DNA of 64,000 nt, from NCBI RefSeq assembly GCF_006345805.1, contig NC_043020.1:23870001-23934000 (forward strand), given 5' to 3'. Under the pieces are notes generated by a model. It ran no database searches. It was given only the letters and a program-made list of their open reading frames with translations, and had not been told where the DNA came from. The translations under genes were made by a program, and so were the position numbers. The number at the start of each line of letters is the position of its first letter. Position 1 is the first letter of the stretch. Below, in pieces: positions 1 through 17,109 of the stretch. The stretch is from Octopus sinensis (lineage: Eukaryota).

Positions 1-730
1 CACCCCCATCCCCATCACAACCACCATCATCACCATCACTACGAAGAACTACACTGCCTCCGCGAACACCATGATGATAACTTACATCATCACCACCACC
101 ATCACCACCACCATCACCACCACCATTACCGCCGCCACCGCCATTACTGAAGCAGCAAGATTAACTACGCCATACCACGCCACACTAACCAACTGCTGGA
201 ACAGCAGCATGACTAATATCACCACTACCACTCATATACTACTGCCTGTGCCACAATCTGAACTACACTACCACCAAAACCATTGCACAGACACTAATGT
301 AACAGAAGTATTAATTACCACAGCATTTGGTGTACCGCCTCGGTCAACACATCTACCACTACCACCACCCCAACTCCTCCACTACCACCACAGCAACCAC
401 CAAGACTTCTACTACCACTAACATTAGCATACCAACGTATTTTATGTACCATTAATGGAATGCCTCTACAACAACAGCAGCAACAACAATAATGGGAAAG
501 GCAACAAAAACAACAACAACAACAATAACAACAACAATAACAATAACAATAACAATAACAACAACAACAGTTAGCAGCAGTATCAACAACAATAACAGCA
601 GAAATTTAACCAAAATAAAATTTGCAACAACAAAAACAACAACGATATCAACAGTGATAACAGAAGCAACAACAACAAGAAAAACAGCAGTAAGAATAAC
701 AACAACAACAACAACAACAAGTTTACCTTG
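1..730. repeat. Cryptic trinucleotide low-complexity tract (ACC/ACT then AAC/AAT)
   Basis: Direct reading; gives the poly-Thr ORFs 71..421 and 492..731. Confidence 0.9.
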
Positions 731-1753
731 AAGAAGTGCAAGGATAATAGAGTATGGCAGATTATTAGTTGTTCAATGAACACAAAGTACCTATCAGGGT
801 GGAATTTTAATAAAGTGACTGTTTCATTTTGGTCATATCAGACAAGAATTTTCAGAACATAATTCTTATCTTTTCACCCCGACCCTATCGCTATTCTGAC
901 TAATTCTTTCCCTTCATCTCTCCTCTACATCTCTCTCTCTCTCTTTCTCTCTCCCTAATTTCTGTCTGTCTCTCAGCCTCTCACTTACATTGGTTTCTCT
1001 TTCCCTTTGCTTCTATCTCACAGACGCTCATCTTCTTCAAGCTCTTTCTCTTCGTCTTCCCCTTTGTATCTCTTCCATCGCCGTTTATTATAACACTTTC
1101 GCCATGTTTAACATCTGCTAAGAGAATGCGCATTAATGCGGCAGTTTATTGGTCGTCTGTTTTCTTTGAAACAAGACCTAGACTGATTTCTTTCGATATA
1201 TAACGGCGCTTTTGGACTAAAAAGAAGAAAGAAAAAGAAAAGAAAAGAGAAAGAAATCGAAGGGAAAAGAAGAGAGAAGAAAATAATGAAAAATAAAATA
1301 AAAGAACGAACAAAGAAAAAGAAAATAGAAAAGAAAAGGAGAGGAAAAGAAAGTCAAAGATGAGGAATTTCAAAAGCGAAACTTGCTTTTATATTCAGCA
1401 CCATTTAACTGCTTTCTAAAGTGACTGGCGAAATCAAACAAACGTCTGGTTTCGATGCATTTCATAGAACCGTCACAAACTTATATTTCGATCAAGAAGC
1501 CATCTGCATTTGGATGCAGTCAAAGCGCCACATTCAACATGGTGGAAAAGGGTAGAAAAACGGTGGGGAAACAAGATGAGAACCAGTCGTTTTCTCATTT
1601 CAGCGTTCCCTATTTTCTCTACCCCACCTCAATCTCTCTCCTTAATTTTACAAACGTGTTTTCCACAGATATGCATATTTATGTTAGTAGATATTATAGG
1701 TGTGTATGTGAGCATAACTATAAAAAGACATATAATGCATATATAAGCGTCCA

Positions 1754-1825
<72 letters not shown>

Positions 1826-1827
<2 letters not shown>

Positions 1828-1843
1828 CTTTCTGACTTTCATG

Positions 1844-1884
<41 letters not shown>

Positions 1885-1907
1885 TACTTCATGAAAGTCA
1901 GAAAGCA
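1826..1907. repeat. Perfect 19-bp inverted repeat around a (TA)n core
   Basis: tgctttctgactttcatga (1826-1844) and tcatgaaagtcagaaagca (1889-1907). Confidence 0.9.
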
Positions 1908-1954
1908 TTAGAGGTGAATAGTTTTTTTTATTTAACTATTTGACATGCTTAGGT

Positions 1955-1985
1955 TTACGACTGTTTCACAGCCTTCATCATGTAA
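1955..1985 (-). ncRNA. Degenerate minimal hammerhead-like motif (candidate)
   Basis: Minus strand UUAC-AUGAUGA-AGGCUGU-GAAACAGUC-GUAA: helix I UUAC/GUAA and a GUC triplet, but C3 is changed to A and helix II is not formed. Confidence 0.3.
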
Positions 1986-2279
1986 TAATTTCAGTGTTGA
2001 AGAAATGATGCTTATATGTTTGCATTAATATGTATGCTTAGCATTATGCAATACAATTGTATATTTAACAAATCTATGCAAATGAAGAAAGCTAGCGCGT
2101 CAGATCGTCAGAACATCGTGGTTACACCAATAGCTTAACTTTATAGAGTTCAGTTGTTTGTGCAGCCATCATGTTCATAACGCATTTGTTTATATCGCAA
2201 ACGTGGAGATAAATCTCCACCAACTTCAGCACCAAGACTACCAGATCATGTGATTTCAATCTTCTTTGATTTCATCGGA

Positions 2280-2447
2280 GATGGACGCTCGACCGCTAGA
2301 GACAGCAGCGACTCATCTCTCTGCCAGGACATTAATACTGCTTCTGTCGCTAATATAAAATTTTAAACAACCTCACAGGTTAATCGCGACACCGGTGCCA
2401 GTTCTGGCAGAGATTTTCTAGATATCTCTAGCGATCGAGCGTCCATC
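2280..2447. repeat. Imperfect inverted repeat (MITE-like), followed by (CACAC)n to about 2505
   Basis: gatggacgctcgaccgctagaga...tctctgccaggac (2280-2330) pairs with gttctggcagaga...tctctagcgatcgagcgtccatc (2401-2447). Confidence 0.6.
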
Positions 2448-2732
2448 ACCACACCACACCACACCACACCACACCACACCACACCACACCACACCACACC
2501 ACATCACACATATCCCCGCGCACACTAGCACTGAACACGTCCCAGCAACCACACCATCACCTACACACCTACACATGCACTCACGCACACTTTAAGGTCA
2601 CCAGTCCACTTCCACATCCACAAAGGCGCTCTCACATGCACACGCACGCGCACCTTCATTTTGGGATCATCACTACTTTATTATCTTCCCTTCTTCCTAG
2701 CTCTCCTTTGTGATCCCTCTGTCCGGTATTCG

Positions 2733-2910
2733 CCATGATAGATCGCTATCCACTAAACCTTTTTTATTTTCTCTCTCTGCTTATTTCTGTATTCCTTTCT
2801 GGCGAAGAACGTAGGCTCGAAACGTAAAAGGCTTTCTCACTTCTCGAGCGTTAAACCAATACATATGTTTGTTGTTTCCACACCCGTCTTCATTTTTTTT
2901 TGTAAATTCC

Positions 2911-2914
<4 letters not shown>
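2733..2914 (+). mobile_element. HHR-bearing PLE-type terminal repeat, family A, copy 1
   Basis: Starts ccatgatagatcg like the copy at 59823; contains the HHR motif at 2794-2831; ends in (TA)n. Confidence 0.7.
2794..2831 (+). ncRNA. Minimal type I hammerhead motif, family A (core CUGGCGA)
   Basis: CCUUU-CUGGCGA-A-GAAC GUAG GCUC-GAAACGUA-AAAGG; helix I 5 bp; one A.C mismatch in helix II. Confidence 0.55.
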
Positions 2915-2950
<36 letters not shown>

Positions 2951-3280
2951 AGCATCGTTTTATATAGAACTCCTGCAAGTTCAGGAAAATCCCTTCCTAA
3001 GATAAAAATATATAAGGACGATGCTCTTTTTACCATTAGTAACCTGTTTAATGGAAAAAAGAACTATGTAAGAAGAAATTTTACAAATTTTTAAAGTTTT
3101 GGATTCTCTATAACAATAGAAAACAAACAGGAATCTGTGAACTTCCTTGATGTTAATCTTAGTCTCATCACAGGTAAATATTAACCATACAGCAAGCCTC
3201 ACTCCAATCGTAAGTATATAAATGACGAAAGTAATGGTCGTGGTTCTGTAAAAGACTTTTTAATTTATAATATTTCTAAA

Positions 3281-4230
3281 AGAATTTCTAATTTATCGTC
3301 TAATAAGGATATTTTTGACGGCCTATTATATATATTTTGCCGATTCTTTTAATATGGCACTTAGTAAAGCTGGATACAAACAAAAATTGAAATATTATCC
3401 TAAAAATATGGGCGTCAGCACCTCCAACAACAAAGATTGTTTCCTATATTAACAATGATTTAAAACAAATACTTAGGAGAAGGAATGAGCATTGGGTAGG
3501 TAAGGTTAGATGTCGAAATGTGGAAAAGGATTTATAAAATATGAAGATCAATGTATATCTTCGTTCTGCTAATCGTCCTCATACAATCAGAAATACGAAT
3601 AACATGATAAAAAAAAAACCCTTGTATATTCAATAATGCTCGAAAATTTGAAAATTATAATGCATCTTCTGGTAAAAAAAAAACGACATTGTTTGGTTCA
3701 TTGTTCCATTCGCTAAATAAATTAAAGGTAATTTGGTTGGAACTTTATACAAACTTTTCTCTAAACACTTTACAAAGGAAAATAGATGTTATGATATTAT
3801 TAACCCTAGGCTTCTTAGAAAGAGTTATTTCGCATCTAATAATTTATGCCAGATTATATCTTCAATTAACGAAAGAAAATTATCTAATTTTTATAATAAT
3901 TTCTAATAGTAGTAAACGCCATAACAGTAGTAGTAATGGAATAAACGTTAGTACTGAAAGTAAATTTGAGACGTCTAGTGTACAAGGGGCAACAACCTAT
4001 GTCAAATCCCATCCCAGCCTATTGAATGTAGATAAAATGGCAAATAGCAATTATGCTGAATGTAATGATAATAAACAGGGTAATAATAGGAGTACTAATT
4101 TTTGTGATTGCAAGGTCAGAAGCAAATGTTAACTTAAAAATAGTTGTAGACAAAAGAATGTTGTTTACAGATGTAAAGTGATATCTGAGGGTAAAAGTTT
4201 CTTCTACATTATTATATGGAAATTAACCAG
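3281..4230 (+). pseudogene. Penelope-like element relic (RT C-terminal linker and GIY-YIG N-terminus), interrupted
   Basis: RISNLSSNKDIFD..ALSKAGYKQKLKYY (3281-3405) and CDCKVRSKC*LKNSCRQKNVVYRCKV..YI (4103-4213) match PLE motifs; stops and frameshifts. Confidence 0.7.
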
Positions 4231-4374
4231 CAGTTTTGATGCGTCATATTTTTTTGTTGTCTTCAATATTTTTAACAACCACATACACAACTACTTGATA
4301 CTTGATGAATGTTACCACCTTCTCCTTCTCTCTCTCTCTCTCCCTCTCTCTCTCTATCTCTCTCTCTATCCATC

Positions 4375-4452
<78 letters not shown>

Positions 4453-4880
4453 GTAACGGTTTTTTTAAACAACGCACACATTCTAAAGCGCGCGCATCTG
4501 AGTCTGTCGTAGGTCAACCAACTCGTTCAAATGTAACTCGCTTTTGGGAAAATTCTCCCCCGATGAAATACCTAATTAACCAGTTTCAAATGAAAGTTTA
4601 ACTTAAATTGATTTAATTTAATTCTGCAATTGAACTAATTGGATATGGAAACGGCTGTAGGACAGGAATTTCATTATACGGATTTGAGTATCTTTGAATA
4701 AACTGATGTCTGCGTGCATGTCAGTTTCTCTTTTTCCTTCCTTTTCTCATTCATAAATAGTTAAATACCTACCTCCCCCACACACAGAAGCACATATATA
4801 TCAATGCAAAACTAATATATTTAGTTTTCGCTGAACACTGGTATAAACCAGAGAACAAGGATGCTAGCATCCCTCTAGAG

Positions 4881-5174
4881 CAGTGGTTCCCAAACCTTTT
4901 TTGGCTGCCGTTCCCTTGATTCTCAGACCACATTCCTAATGGCCCTCACCCACCACTCACCATCACAGACATAAGCCATTTTTTGCAGCAAATTCAAAGC
5001 AACAGTATTTCACAAATAAAGCTTTACCTGATTAACCCTTTATTTTGTTTGTTATTTTTACATCCATTACTCCATTTTGGTCAGCCCATTATCGCCCTAT
5101 TTTACTTCAGTGACCCCCCCCCCGATCTTTCAACTGCCCCACAAGGGCGGTACCACCCACTTTGTGAACCACTG
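4881..5174. mobile_element. hAT (Charlie-like) MITE
   Basis: TIR cagtggttcccaaa / tttgtgaaccactg; 8-bp TSD ctctagag / ctttaaag (6/8). Confidence 0.8.
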
Positions 5175-5298
5175 CTTTAAAGGATATGATTATATATATA
5201 TATATATATACATATATATACATATATATATATATACATATATATACATACACACACACACACATATATATATACATACATATATATATATGCATACA

Positions 5299-5682
5299 AG
5301 CATGACTGCGTGGAAAGCTGTTTGCTTTCCAGTTGCATGAATTCGGGTTCAGTCCCCCTTCCTGGCACGGTCAGGTCTCTTTCTACTTATAAACTTGGGC
5401 TCTCCAAATTCCTGTAAGTGGATTTGGTAAACAGAAGCTGAAAGAAGCCCGTCGTACATACGTGTGTGTGTGTGTGCGCGCTCACGTGTTTGTTCTCACA
5501 CCACCGCTTGTGTTGGTGTGTTTACGTCCCTATAACTTAGCAGTTCGGAAAGAGAAACCGATAGAATAAGTCCAAGGCTTAACAAAATATGAGTACTGGT
5601 GTCGATTAATTCGACTAAAAGTTCTTCACGCCGGTACCCCAGCATGGCTGTAGTCTTGTGGCTGAAACAAATATAAAAAATG
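5299..5682 (+). mobile_element. tRNA-derived SINE, family A (degenerate), with internal microsatellite
   Basis: Head gggttcagtccc, mid ctgaaagaagcccgtcg, tail ccgatagaataagt...cagcatggc...gaaacaa shared with copies at 13873, 22447, 32283. Confidence 0.75.
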
Positions 5683-6850
5683 ACACATGTACACACATAT
5701 GTGTATTTATTTATTTATTTATTTATTTATGAATGAATATATGTGTGCATTCACGTGTACATGTATATCTACAACTGCGTTGTGGAATACTACATAAAAA
5801 GCATAGAAAATAGATATTATTTACCTGAAGAGAATACTTCATCTACAAGCAGAAACAGGTAATGCAGATAATCCAGCCTAATCCATCACTTAACTTAAAC
5901 CTCAGTCGAAATAACGTTCGATCTTTTCTAAATCTTAGAAACGAATCATAATTACTACAAAGTCTTAGAGGAAATGTCAAGGTGCGCTGCGATACCTGTG
6001 TTAATTTCATGGCCTTTTTAACTAGAATCAAACGGGAAAAAACCCTGACGAACATGCACACAAAACTCTTGGATACCTTGACATTTCCTCACCATTAAAT
6101 ACTGTTCACAAAATCTATAATAATAAACGCGAAATTCTGTCCGTCTGGGAGCCCTGTATCTCAGTCTATATTTGTTCTGTATAAGTATATTATACCTTTT
6201 TGGAATCAAGATGATCCCGGGGTTGAAAATCTGCCCTTCATTTGGTTCTTGAACATCCAGCATTGGGATCTGATTTAAAAGTATTTGGGTTGCTATTTCT
6301 AGAAGCTTGGCTGATTCACGGCATCTTGGTTAGCGTCTGTCAGATGACGTCAGTGATCAATGAGGAGGTAAATGACATTTGCTTCGTTAATTTTACGTCG
6401 AGATAAGAACTTTGGGACAAATTGGCCAACAATTGGAATTCAACTCGGAACTGGAATGATAGAATGATTGCGTTACAGAATTAATTCTCGTCCGTCCTTA
6501 ACCACTGATCAAATACCACCGGAGCATATAATCATACTATTTAGCTCTGTTTAGTTTTGAACCGCAGGCCCTATTAACCCTTTGCAGGAGCCAGCTTAAA
6601 AATCTGCACAGAATGCAGTTTTTAAGCTAATGCATTGACAAAGCGTAGTGTACAGCTACGAAATCTTGAAGAATATCAACGTAAAAGCAATATCAGGGAT
6701 GGGCAGAAGTATATATACAGTTGCTTAATATGATTGGAATGTCATTTTCATTTCTCAGTTTCGTTTTTAGGATAAGAATTCTATGCTTCTATGTTTTTTC
6801 TAAGTCTTTCTATAATAAAATAATCATTTCTAATTTCAGATACTTATTTC

Positions 6851-7060
6851 ATGGCTGAAAATTTGATCAACGATGAACAAAATCGGATCATCAAGCAGAA
6901 TTGGAAAACAGAGAATGCAGAAATGGTTAGACAGAAATAGACCGAAGAGTTTCAAAGACCAGCTGCGTCAAGATTAACAGTTTAGGGAATACGTGACAAC
7001 TCTGAGCTGACCGGATATCAGCTGCAATGCACAGAAAAGTGGTCTGTCGGTCAGTGTTAT
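6851..7060 (+). pseudogene. Tc1/mariner transposase N-terminal HTH relic (DUF4817-like)
   Basis: MAENLINDEQNRIIKQNWKTENAEMVRQK*TEEFQRPAASRLTV*GIRD..TG with in-frame stops. Confidence 0.6.
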
Positions 7061-7189
7061 GACTAAAAACAAATGAAATCCTTATGGCTCAAGCATTCAC
7101 TTAAAGTCCCCAGAAATTTATGAATCAAGGTAAAAAAAGAAATAGAGAAATGAAAAGAATATTCTGTTCATATCAAGAAACTAAACACT

Positions 7190-7223
<34 letters not shown>

Positions 7224-7599
7224 CAGTGTACATTAAAACACATTAAGAACCTTCCATCATAGGAATCCATTACGTTAGAAAGAACAGTTAAAGTCCAAAC
7301 CACTAATTAGGGATAAATTCTCGAAGGGAATGAAAAATAAAAACATTTACCATCTAATTCCCGAACCATGGTTTCTGACTTATTTTAGTAAACAAAAATT
7401 ATTATATATATATATGACGGCTTCTTTCAGTTTCCGCTCACCAAATCAACTTACGAGACTTTGGCCGACCCCATTCTAAAGTCGACCACTTTTATGTGCA
7501 TTGCAGATGAACCCAGTCTGCTCAAATTTGTCAATATTCTGTAAACTGTTAATCTTCTTGGTTAAAATAAAAGTATACTCATATACGTAAGTGCGTGTG

Positions 7600-7635
<36 letters not shown>

Positions 7636-7671
7636 CAATCACGTGCATGTGTACGTAAATATATGTGCGTT

Positions 7672-7989
7672 AAGTGGCACTCTGTCGGTTACGACGACAA
7701 GGGTTCCAGTTGATCTGATGAACGGAACAACTTACTCGTAAAACTAATATGCAAGTGGCTGAGTACACTACAGACACACGTATCATTAACGTAGTTCTCA
7801 GGGAGATCCAGCTTGACACAGAATGCGACAAGGCTGGCCCATTTTTGAAATACACGTACAACTCAATTTTGCAAGCTGAGTGGAGTGGAGCAATGTGAAA
7901 TAAAGTGTTTTGCTGAAGGACGAAACGCGCCGTCAGGAATTGAATTTACGACCTTGCGATACCCTAACCACTAAGTTACACGCCTTCAC
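7672..7989 (-). mobile_element. tRNA-derived SINE, family C (Meta-domain-like centre), with 13-bp TSD
   Basis: TSD atatatgtgcgtt at 7659-7671 and 7990-8002; body matches copies at 28870, 45725, 60903. Confidence 0.85.
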
Positions 7990-8390
7990 ATATATGTGCG
8001 TTCCTTTATAATGGCAATGACCTTCATAAGCAATTCAGATCTTGATTGTTACAGATAGGCATCACTTTACTCAACACCATTCACTCTTATTCAAAGCCTG
8101 AACAAAATACAGCTCGCTAAGACTGTTATTAAGTGTATGTGCAAGAATGTAGACTTGTTGCTATAGAGAAATATAAAAACATTCGCAAAATAATTCTTAG
8201 TGACGCACTCCATGCAAAACACGAGCAGTTAAGATACTGTTAACATATTTTATGTAGGAAATATCGTAAAGTTAAACTAAATAACCTTTATCTTTCTTGT
8301 ACTTTACTAATAGATAACACGATGTTTGACATAAAGAGGAGGCGAGTCCTTTTGATCTTAGATCAATACGATCAATAACGATCGGGTCTT

Positions 8391-8423
<33 letters not shown>

Positions 8424-9098
8424 CAACAAGATCAGCTACGACGATGATGACAACGACAACAACTACAACAGTTTTCGTGAATTATGATAGAGTGTGTAGA
8501 AAAGGCAACGTTTTCACACAATTGCTTCGATTCGTTCTGCCGGATGTGATTAACGATCGTATGTCAGAGTGCAGAGTATAAGCGTATGGAGGACAAGCGG
8601 GCAGAGATATATGGTAGACTGGTATCCCCTGGACCTGTGGATCATATCTACACGTTTAACCGACTAACCTGCGTAACATAGGCTTTCTATAGCTTGGCTG
8701 ATCGGTGGAAGATACAACAACAACGGGAAGAACAGTAACAAAAACGACAGCAAAGAAACCTAAAGACAGGTCAAACTTTTCCTCTTCCCGTCATTCTCAC
8801 TAAATTACTCTCTCCCTCTCTTTATCAACTTCTCGGCCAATCAGCCCCTTTCTATTAGCCCCTCTCTTTACCAGATTATCTCTCTCTATCAGCCTTTCTC
8901 TCTCTCTCTCTCTCTCTTTCTCCCGCTGCACTTTAACCAAACTTAGTTTTCACACTCTTTCTTTCCTCTCTCTCCCACAAACTTAATAAAACACACATAA
9001 AAGCATAATCACGTATGCACAAAAATAGAAAAAAAAACCTTATGCATATATGTATACACACACACACACATGTATATGTGTGTATGTATGTATGCATC

Positions 9099-9149
<51 letters not shown>

Positions 9150-9199
9150 GTATATATATATAAATTCAAATTTTCACCTTGTTCTGTCATAAACGCACA

Positions 9200-13520
<4,321 letters not shown>

Positions 13521-14030
13521 GTCATGGTAGTGTTGGTGAGAGTCTGTGCAGGCACATTTTAAGCAGCCGAATACACTTCCTTTGAATTCTTTCTTGTCTC
13601 GACAACAACAGTTGTACTTGTCGTTTAGCCTCAGCACAGCCTTGATCAAGCTGATATATTATCAAAGACGTTCCAGCCATGATCATCCATACGAATGCAA
13701 GATGAATCCAGGACTTCCTTATGTAATGCGTTCTTGTCAAAAATGCTTGGGGGCTGTGGTTCCCAACCCCATTTTACCCACAGGTCCCTTTGGTTCCTAT
13801 TTTATTCGACTAGTCCCTCATAACCATTCAAGGTTGAAATAAAATCCTATTGCAAAATCCTGTATTGACGCAGGCGTGGCTGTGTGGTAAGAAGCTTGCT
13901 TCCGAGCCGCATGGTTCAAGGTTCAGTCCCACTGCGTGGGAACTTGGGAAAATGTCTTCTACTACAGCCTCGGGCCGACCAAAGTCTTGTTAGGGGATCT
14001 GGTTGACGGAAACTGAAAGAAACCCGTCGC

Positions 14031-14063
<33 letters not shown>

Positions 14064-14067
14064 GGGG

Positions 14068-14215
14068 GGGGTGTATAGTTGAAATTTATAGAAAAACAAA
14101 AGACGAAGACAGGTTATAAACAATAAGCAGGTGTATTAGTTTGACAGTCAGGAAGGTGAGAAAGTCTTTTACGTTTCGAGCCTACGCTCTTTAACAGAAA
14201 GGAAGAAGAAAATTA
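14068..14215 (-). mobile_element. HHR repeat family A, copy 2 (HHR 14166-14201, core CUGUUAA)
   Basis: Reverse complement cuuu-cuguuaa-a-gagc guag gcuc-gaaacgua-aaag; 3' end matches copy 3. Confidence 0.75.
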
Positions 14216-14328
14216 GCTGAGAGAGTAAAAAAAAGCAATCACAGATAAAGCGGTCATACATACATACATACACACACAGACACATACATATATACATACA
14301 TGTATAAGTATATATATATATATGTGTG

Positions 14329-14395
<67 letters not shown>

Positions 14396-14404
14396 AGTAT
14401 ATGT

Positions 14405-14610
14405 ATCTTTCGGTCATTTCATTATGTTGAACCGTGAAACCCTGGACATTTTTGTCGCTCCGTTTTTTCCTCTCAATCCTTTCTGTCGAAGAGCGTAGGC
14501 TCGAAACGCCAAAGACTTTTCCATTCTTCCCAAGCGTCAAACTAACACACCTACCTGTTGTTCATACACCTGTCTTCGTCTTTTGTTTTCTGTAAATTTG
14601 AACTATATAT
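14405..14610 (+). mobile_element. HHR repeat family A, copy 3 (HHR 14479-14514, core CUGUCGA, U16.1 changed to C)
   Basis: cuuu-cugucga-a-gagc guag gcuc-gaaacgcc-aaag. Confidence 0.75.
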
Positions 14611-15239
14611 GTGTGTGTGAGTGTGTATGTGTGTGTGCGTCTGTGTATGTGTGTGTGTGTGCGTCTGTGTATGTGTGTGTGTGTGTGCGTTGCTTTTGTG
14701 CCTGTGTCCCTCCATCACCGCTTGAAACCAGTGTTGGTGTATTTAAGTTCTCGTAACTTAGAGGTTGGGCCTAAAAGACCGATAAAATGAGTACTAGGCA
14801 CAAGAAATAAGTTCGACTTAAACCCTTCAAGGCAGTGCTACAGCATGGCCGGAGTCAAAAGACCGAAACAAATAAATGAATCGTATTTTTATAAATAAAT
14901 ATTAAAAATTGTATAAAAAATAGTTAAAACATTTTGTTTTCTAGAATTATATCCAATTGATAGCAGAAAAATGTTATATTGGACCCGTAAAGGTCAGACG
15001 GATCCCTGTTGAGGACAACTGGTTGGGGAAGATGTAAGTTGAGGGAGATTTACCTGCAATATCGAGCATATCAAGCGTCTATTTAGAGGCTCGTTGCTTC
15101 TAAATTCTAGCTTGGAATTGGTGGTGCGGTGTCATAACAGTGAGGTGGGGAGGTTGTGTGATCTAACGAGGTGAAGAATGCTTTTCTTTTGGTCAGAATA
15201 TTAAGAATTTATTGAAAGATGCCAGGCGTCACGTGACTC

Positions 15240-16600
15240 AACAAAACAAGCGGTGGCGGTGGCGGCGCTTACCAGGCTCTTGGTAGCAATGGTGAAGATG
15301 GTAACGGCGGTGACGGCTGGAGTGATGATGATGATAATGATGATGATGATAATGTTGGTGGTGGTGGTGATGGTGGCGGTCACAGTGGTATGTATTGTGT
15401 TGATGGTGGTATTGGTGGTAGGGGTGGTAGTGGCGATGATGAAAATGGTAGGGATGGTTGTGGTAAAAGTAATAGTGGTTGTGGTTGTGTGGTAATAGTA
15501 GTAGTAGTAGTAGTAGTAATGTTAATGGTTGTGCATTTTATGGTATTGGTGCTGGTGTTGCTGGTTGTTGTATTGGTTGTAGTAGTAGGAGTAGTGATTG
15601 TATTGGTGTTAATGATTGTGCTTATTGTGGTATCGGTGCTGGTGTAGGTGGTGTTGGTGATAGTAATGGCTGTGCTGAAGTTGCTGGTATTAGTGATATA
15701 GGTGGTAGTAGAGGTGGTACTGATGTGATAGTAGTGGTGACTGTGGTAGTGAAGTTGATGTTTGTGATGCTCTTATTGTTACTGGTGGTAGTGGTGGTGG
15801 TTGTAGTGGTTGTGGTTGAGGTGTGGTTGTGGTAGTTGTGGTTGTTGTGATGGTTGTGGTTATGGTGGTGATTGTGGTGGTAATTGAGGTAGTGGTTGTG
15901 GTTGTGGTGGAGGTGGTGGTGGTTGTGGTCATTTTGGTAGTGGTGGGGGTTATGGCTGTGGTGTTGGTTGTGGTGATTGTGGTAGTAGTGTTTGTTGTGG
16001 AGTGATGTTGGTTGTGGTGGGTGTGGTTGTTGTGGTTGTGGTGGAGGTGGTGGTGGTTGTAGTGGTGATTGTGGTGGTGGTGATTGTGTTAGTAGTGGTT
16101 GTGGTTGTGGTGGTGGTGATTGTGGTAGTGGTGCTAGTTGTGGTTGTGGTGTTGGTTGTTGTGGGTGCGTTTGTTGTGGTTGTGGTGGTGGCTGTGGTGG
16201 TTGTGGTGGTGGTGATTGTTGTGGTGGTGATTGTGGTGATGGTGATTGGGGTAGTGGTGTGTGTTGTGGTTGTGGTGTTGGTTATGGTGGCTGTGGTTGT
16301 TGTGGTTGTTGTTGTTGTGGTGGTGGGGGTGGTGTTGCGCGTGGTGGTAGTGTTGGTTCAAAAGTGGTTGTTGTTGCTGTTGCTGTTGTTGTTGGTGGTG
16401 GTATTGGTGGTACCACCATCAACACCACCAGCGCCACCACTGACACCAACACTATCAACAACACTACCTCCACTACCACCACAACACTACTACTACTACA
16501 ACTAATGCAACAACAACCACTACTACAAAAGTAATTACTACTATTACTGGTACTGCTGCTACAACTACTACTGCTACTACTATTGCAACTGCTGCTGCTG

Positions 16601-16639
<39 letters not shown>

Positions 16640-16655
16640 GTAGTAGTAGTTCGCT
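15240..16655. repeat. Long GTG/GTT/GTA cryptic trinucleotide tract, flipping to ACT/GCT at about 16410
   Basis: Direct reading; gives poly-Val and Gly/Cys ORFs. Confidence 0.9.
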
Positions 16656-17109
16656 ATATAATGCAGCTGAGAGCCAAGATGTCTGCTTTGACAAAACGGA
16701 AGACTTCCCAGCCACCCCTTATATCACTTAACCCCACACCTCTTCCCCACTTCATATTTCGACAACAGGTGACACCAGGGACCTCCCCCGCATCACAGAC
16801 ACACAGACACTGGTTGTAGGGAGCATCGCGCATGCGTTAGCTTTCCTTTTTATTTCACCATACGGAACACAACTTCCTGGAAGTCGCCATTGAGTGAACG
16901 GATAGCCTGGGGAGGTTCCAGTCGTTCTCACGAGTGGAGTGTGGACAAGCAGGCTCTTCATCTCACGACCCCCACGACCTGTTGACCCCTTGACCTCTTG
17001 ATACGTTCGCCTCCGGACCATGCTAGTGAACCGTTTGAATAATCGACCCGTTGGGACTCTGTCTGACCTTTTCGTTGTGATAAAGAGACTCAGGGGGTAA
17101 CTGAGAAAT

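Larger units (their letters stand above)
13873..14880 (+). mobile_element. SINE family A (head 13873-14032, tail about 14700-14880); its central microsatellite hosts two HHR repeats
   Basis: ggcgtggctgtgtggtaagaagcttgc A-box region, ggttcagtccc B-box region, typical tail. Confidence 0.85.

Noticed and set aside
3689-4132. 147-aa ORF as a host gene
   Set aside because: AT-rich, runs into the PLE GIY-YIG relic at its end, and has no independent domain
13873-13950. tRNA gene calls at SINE heads (also 46045, 48735 and others)
   Set aside because: A and B boxes are present but continue into SINE bodies; no acceptor stem or cloverleaf
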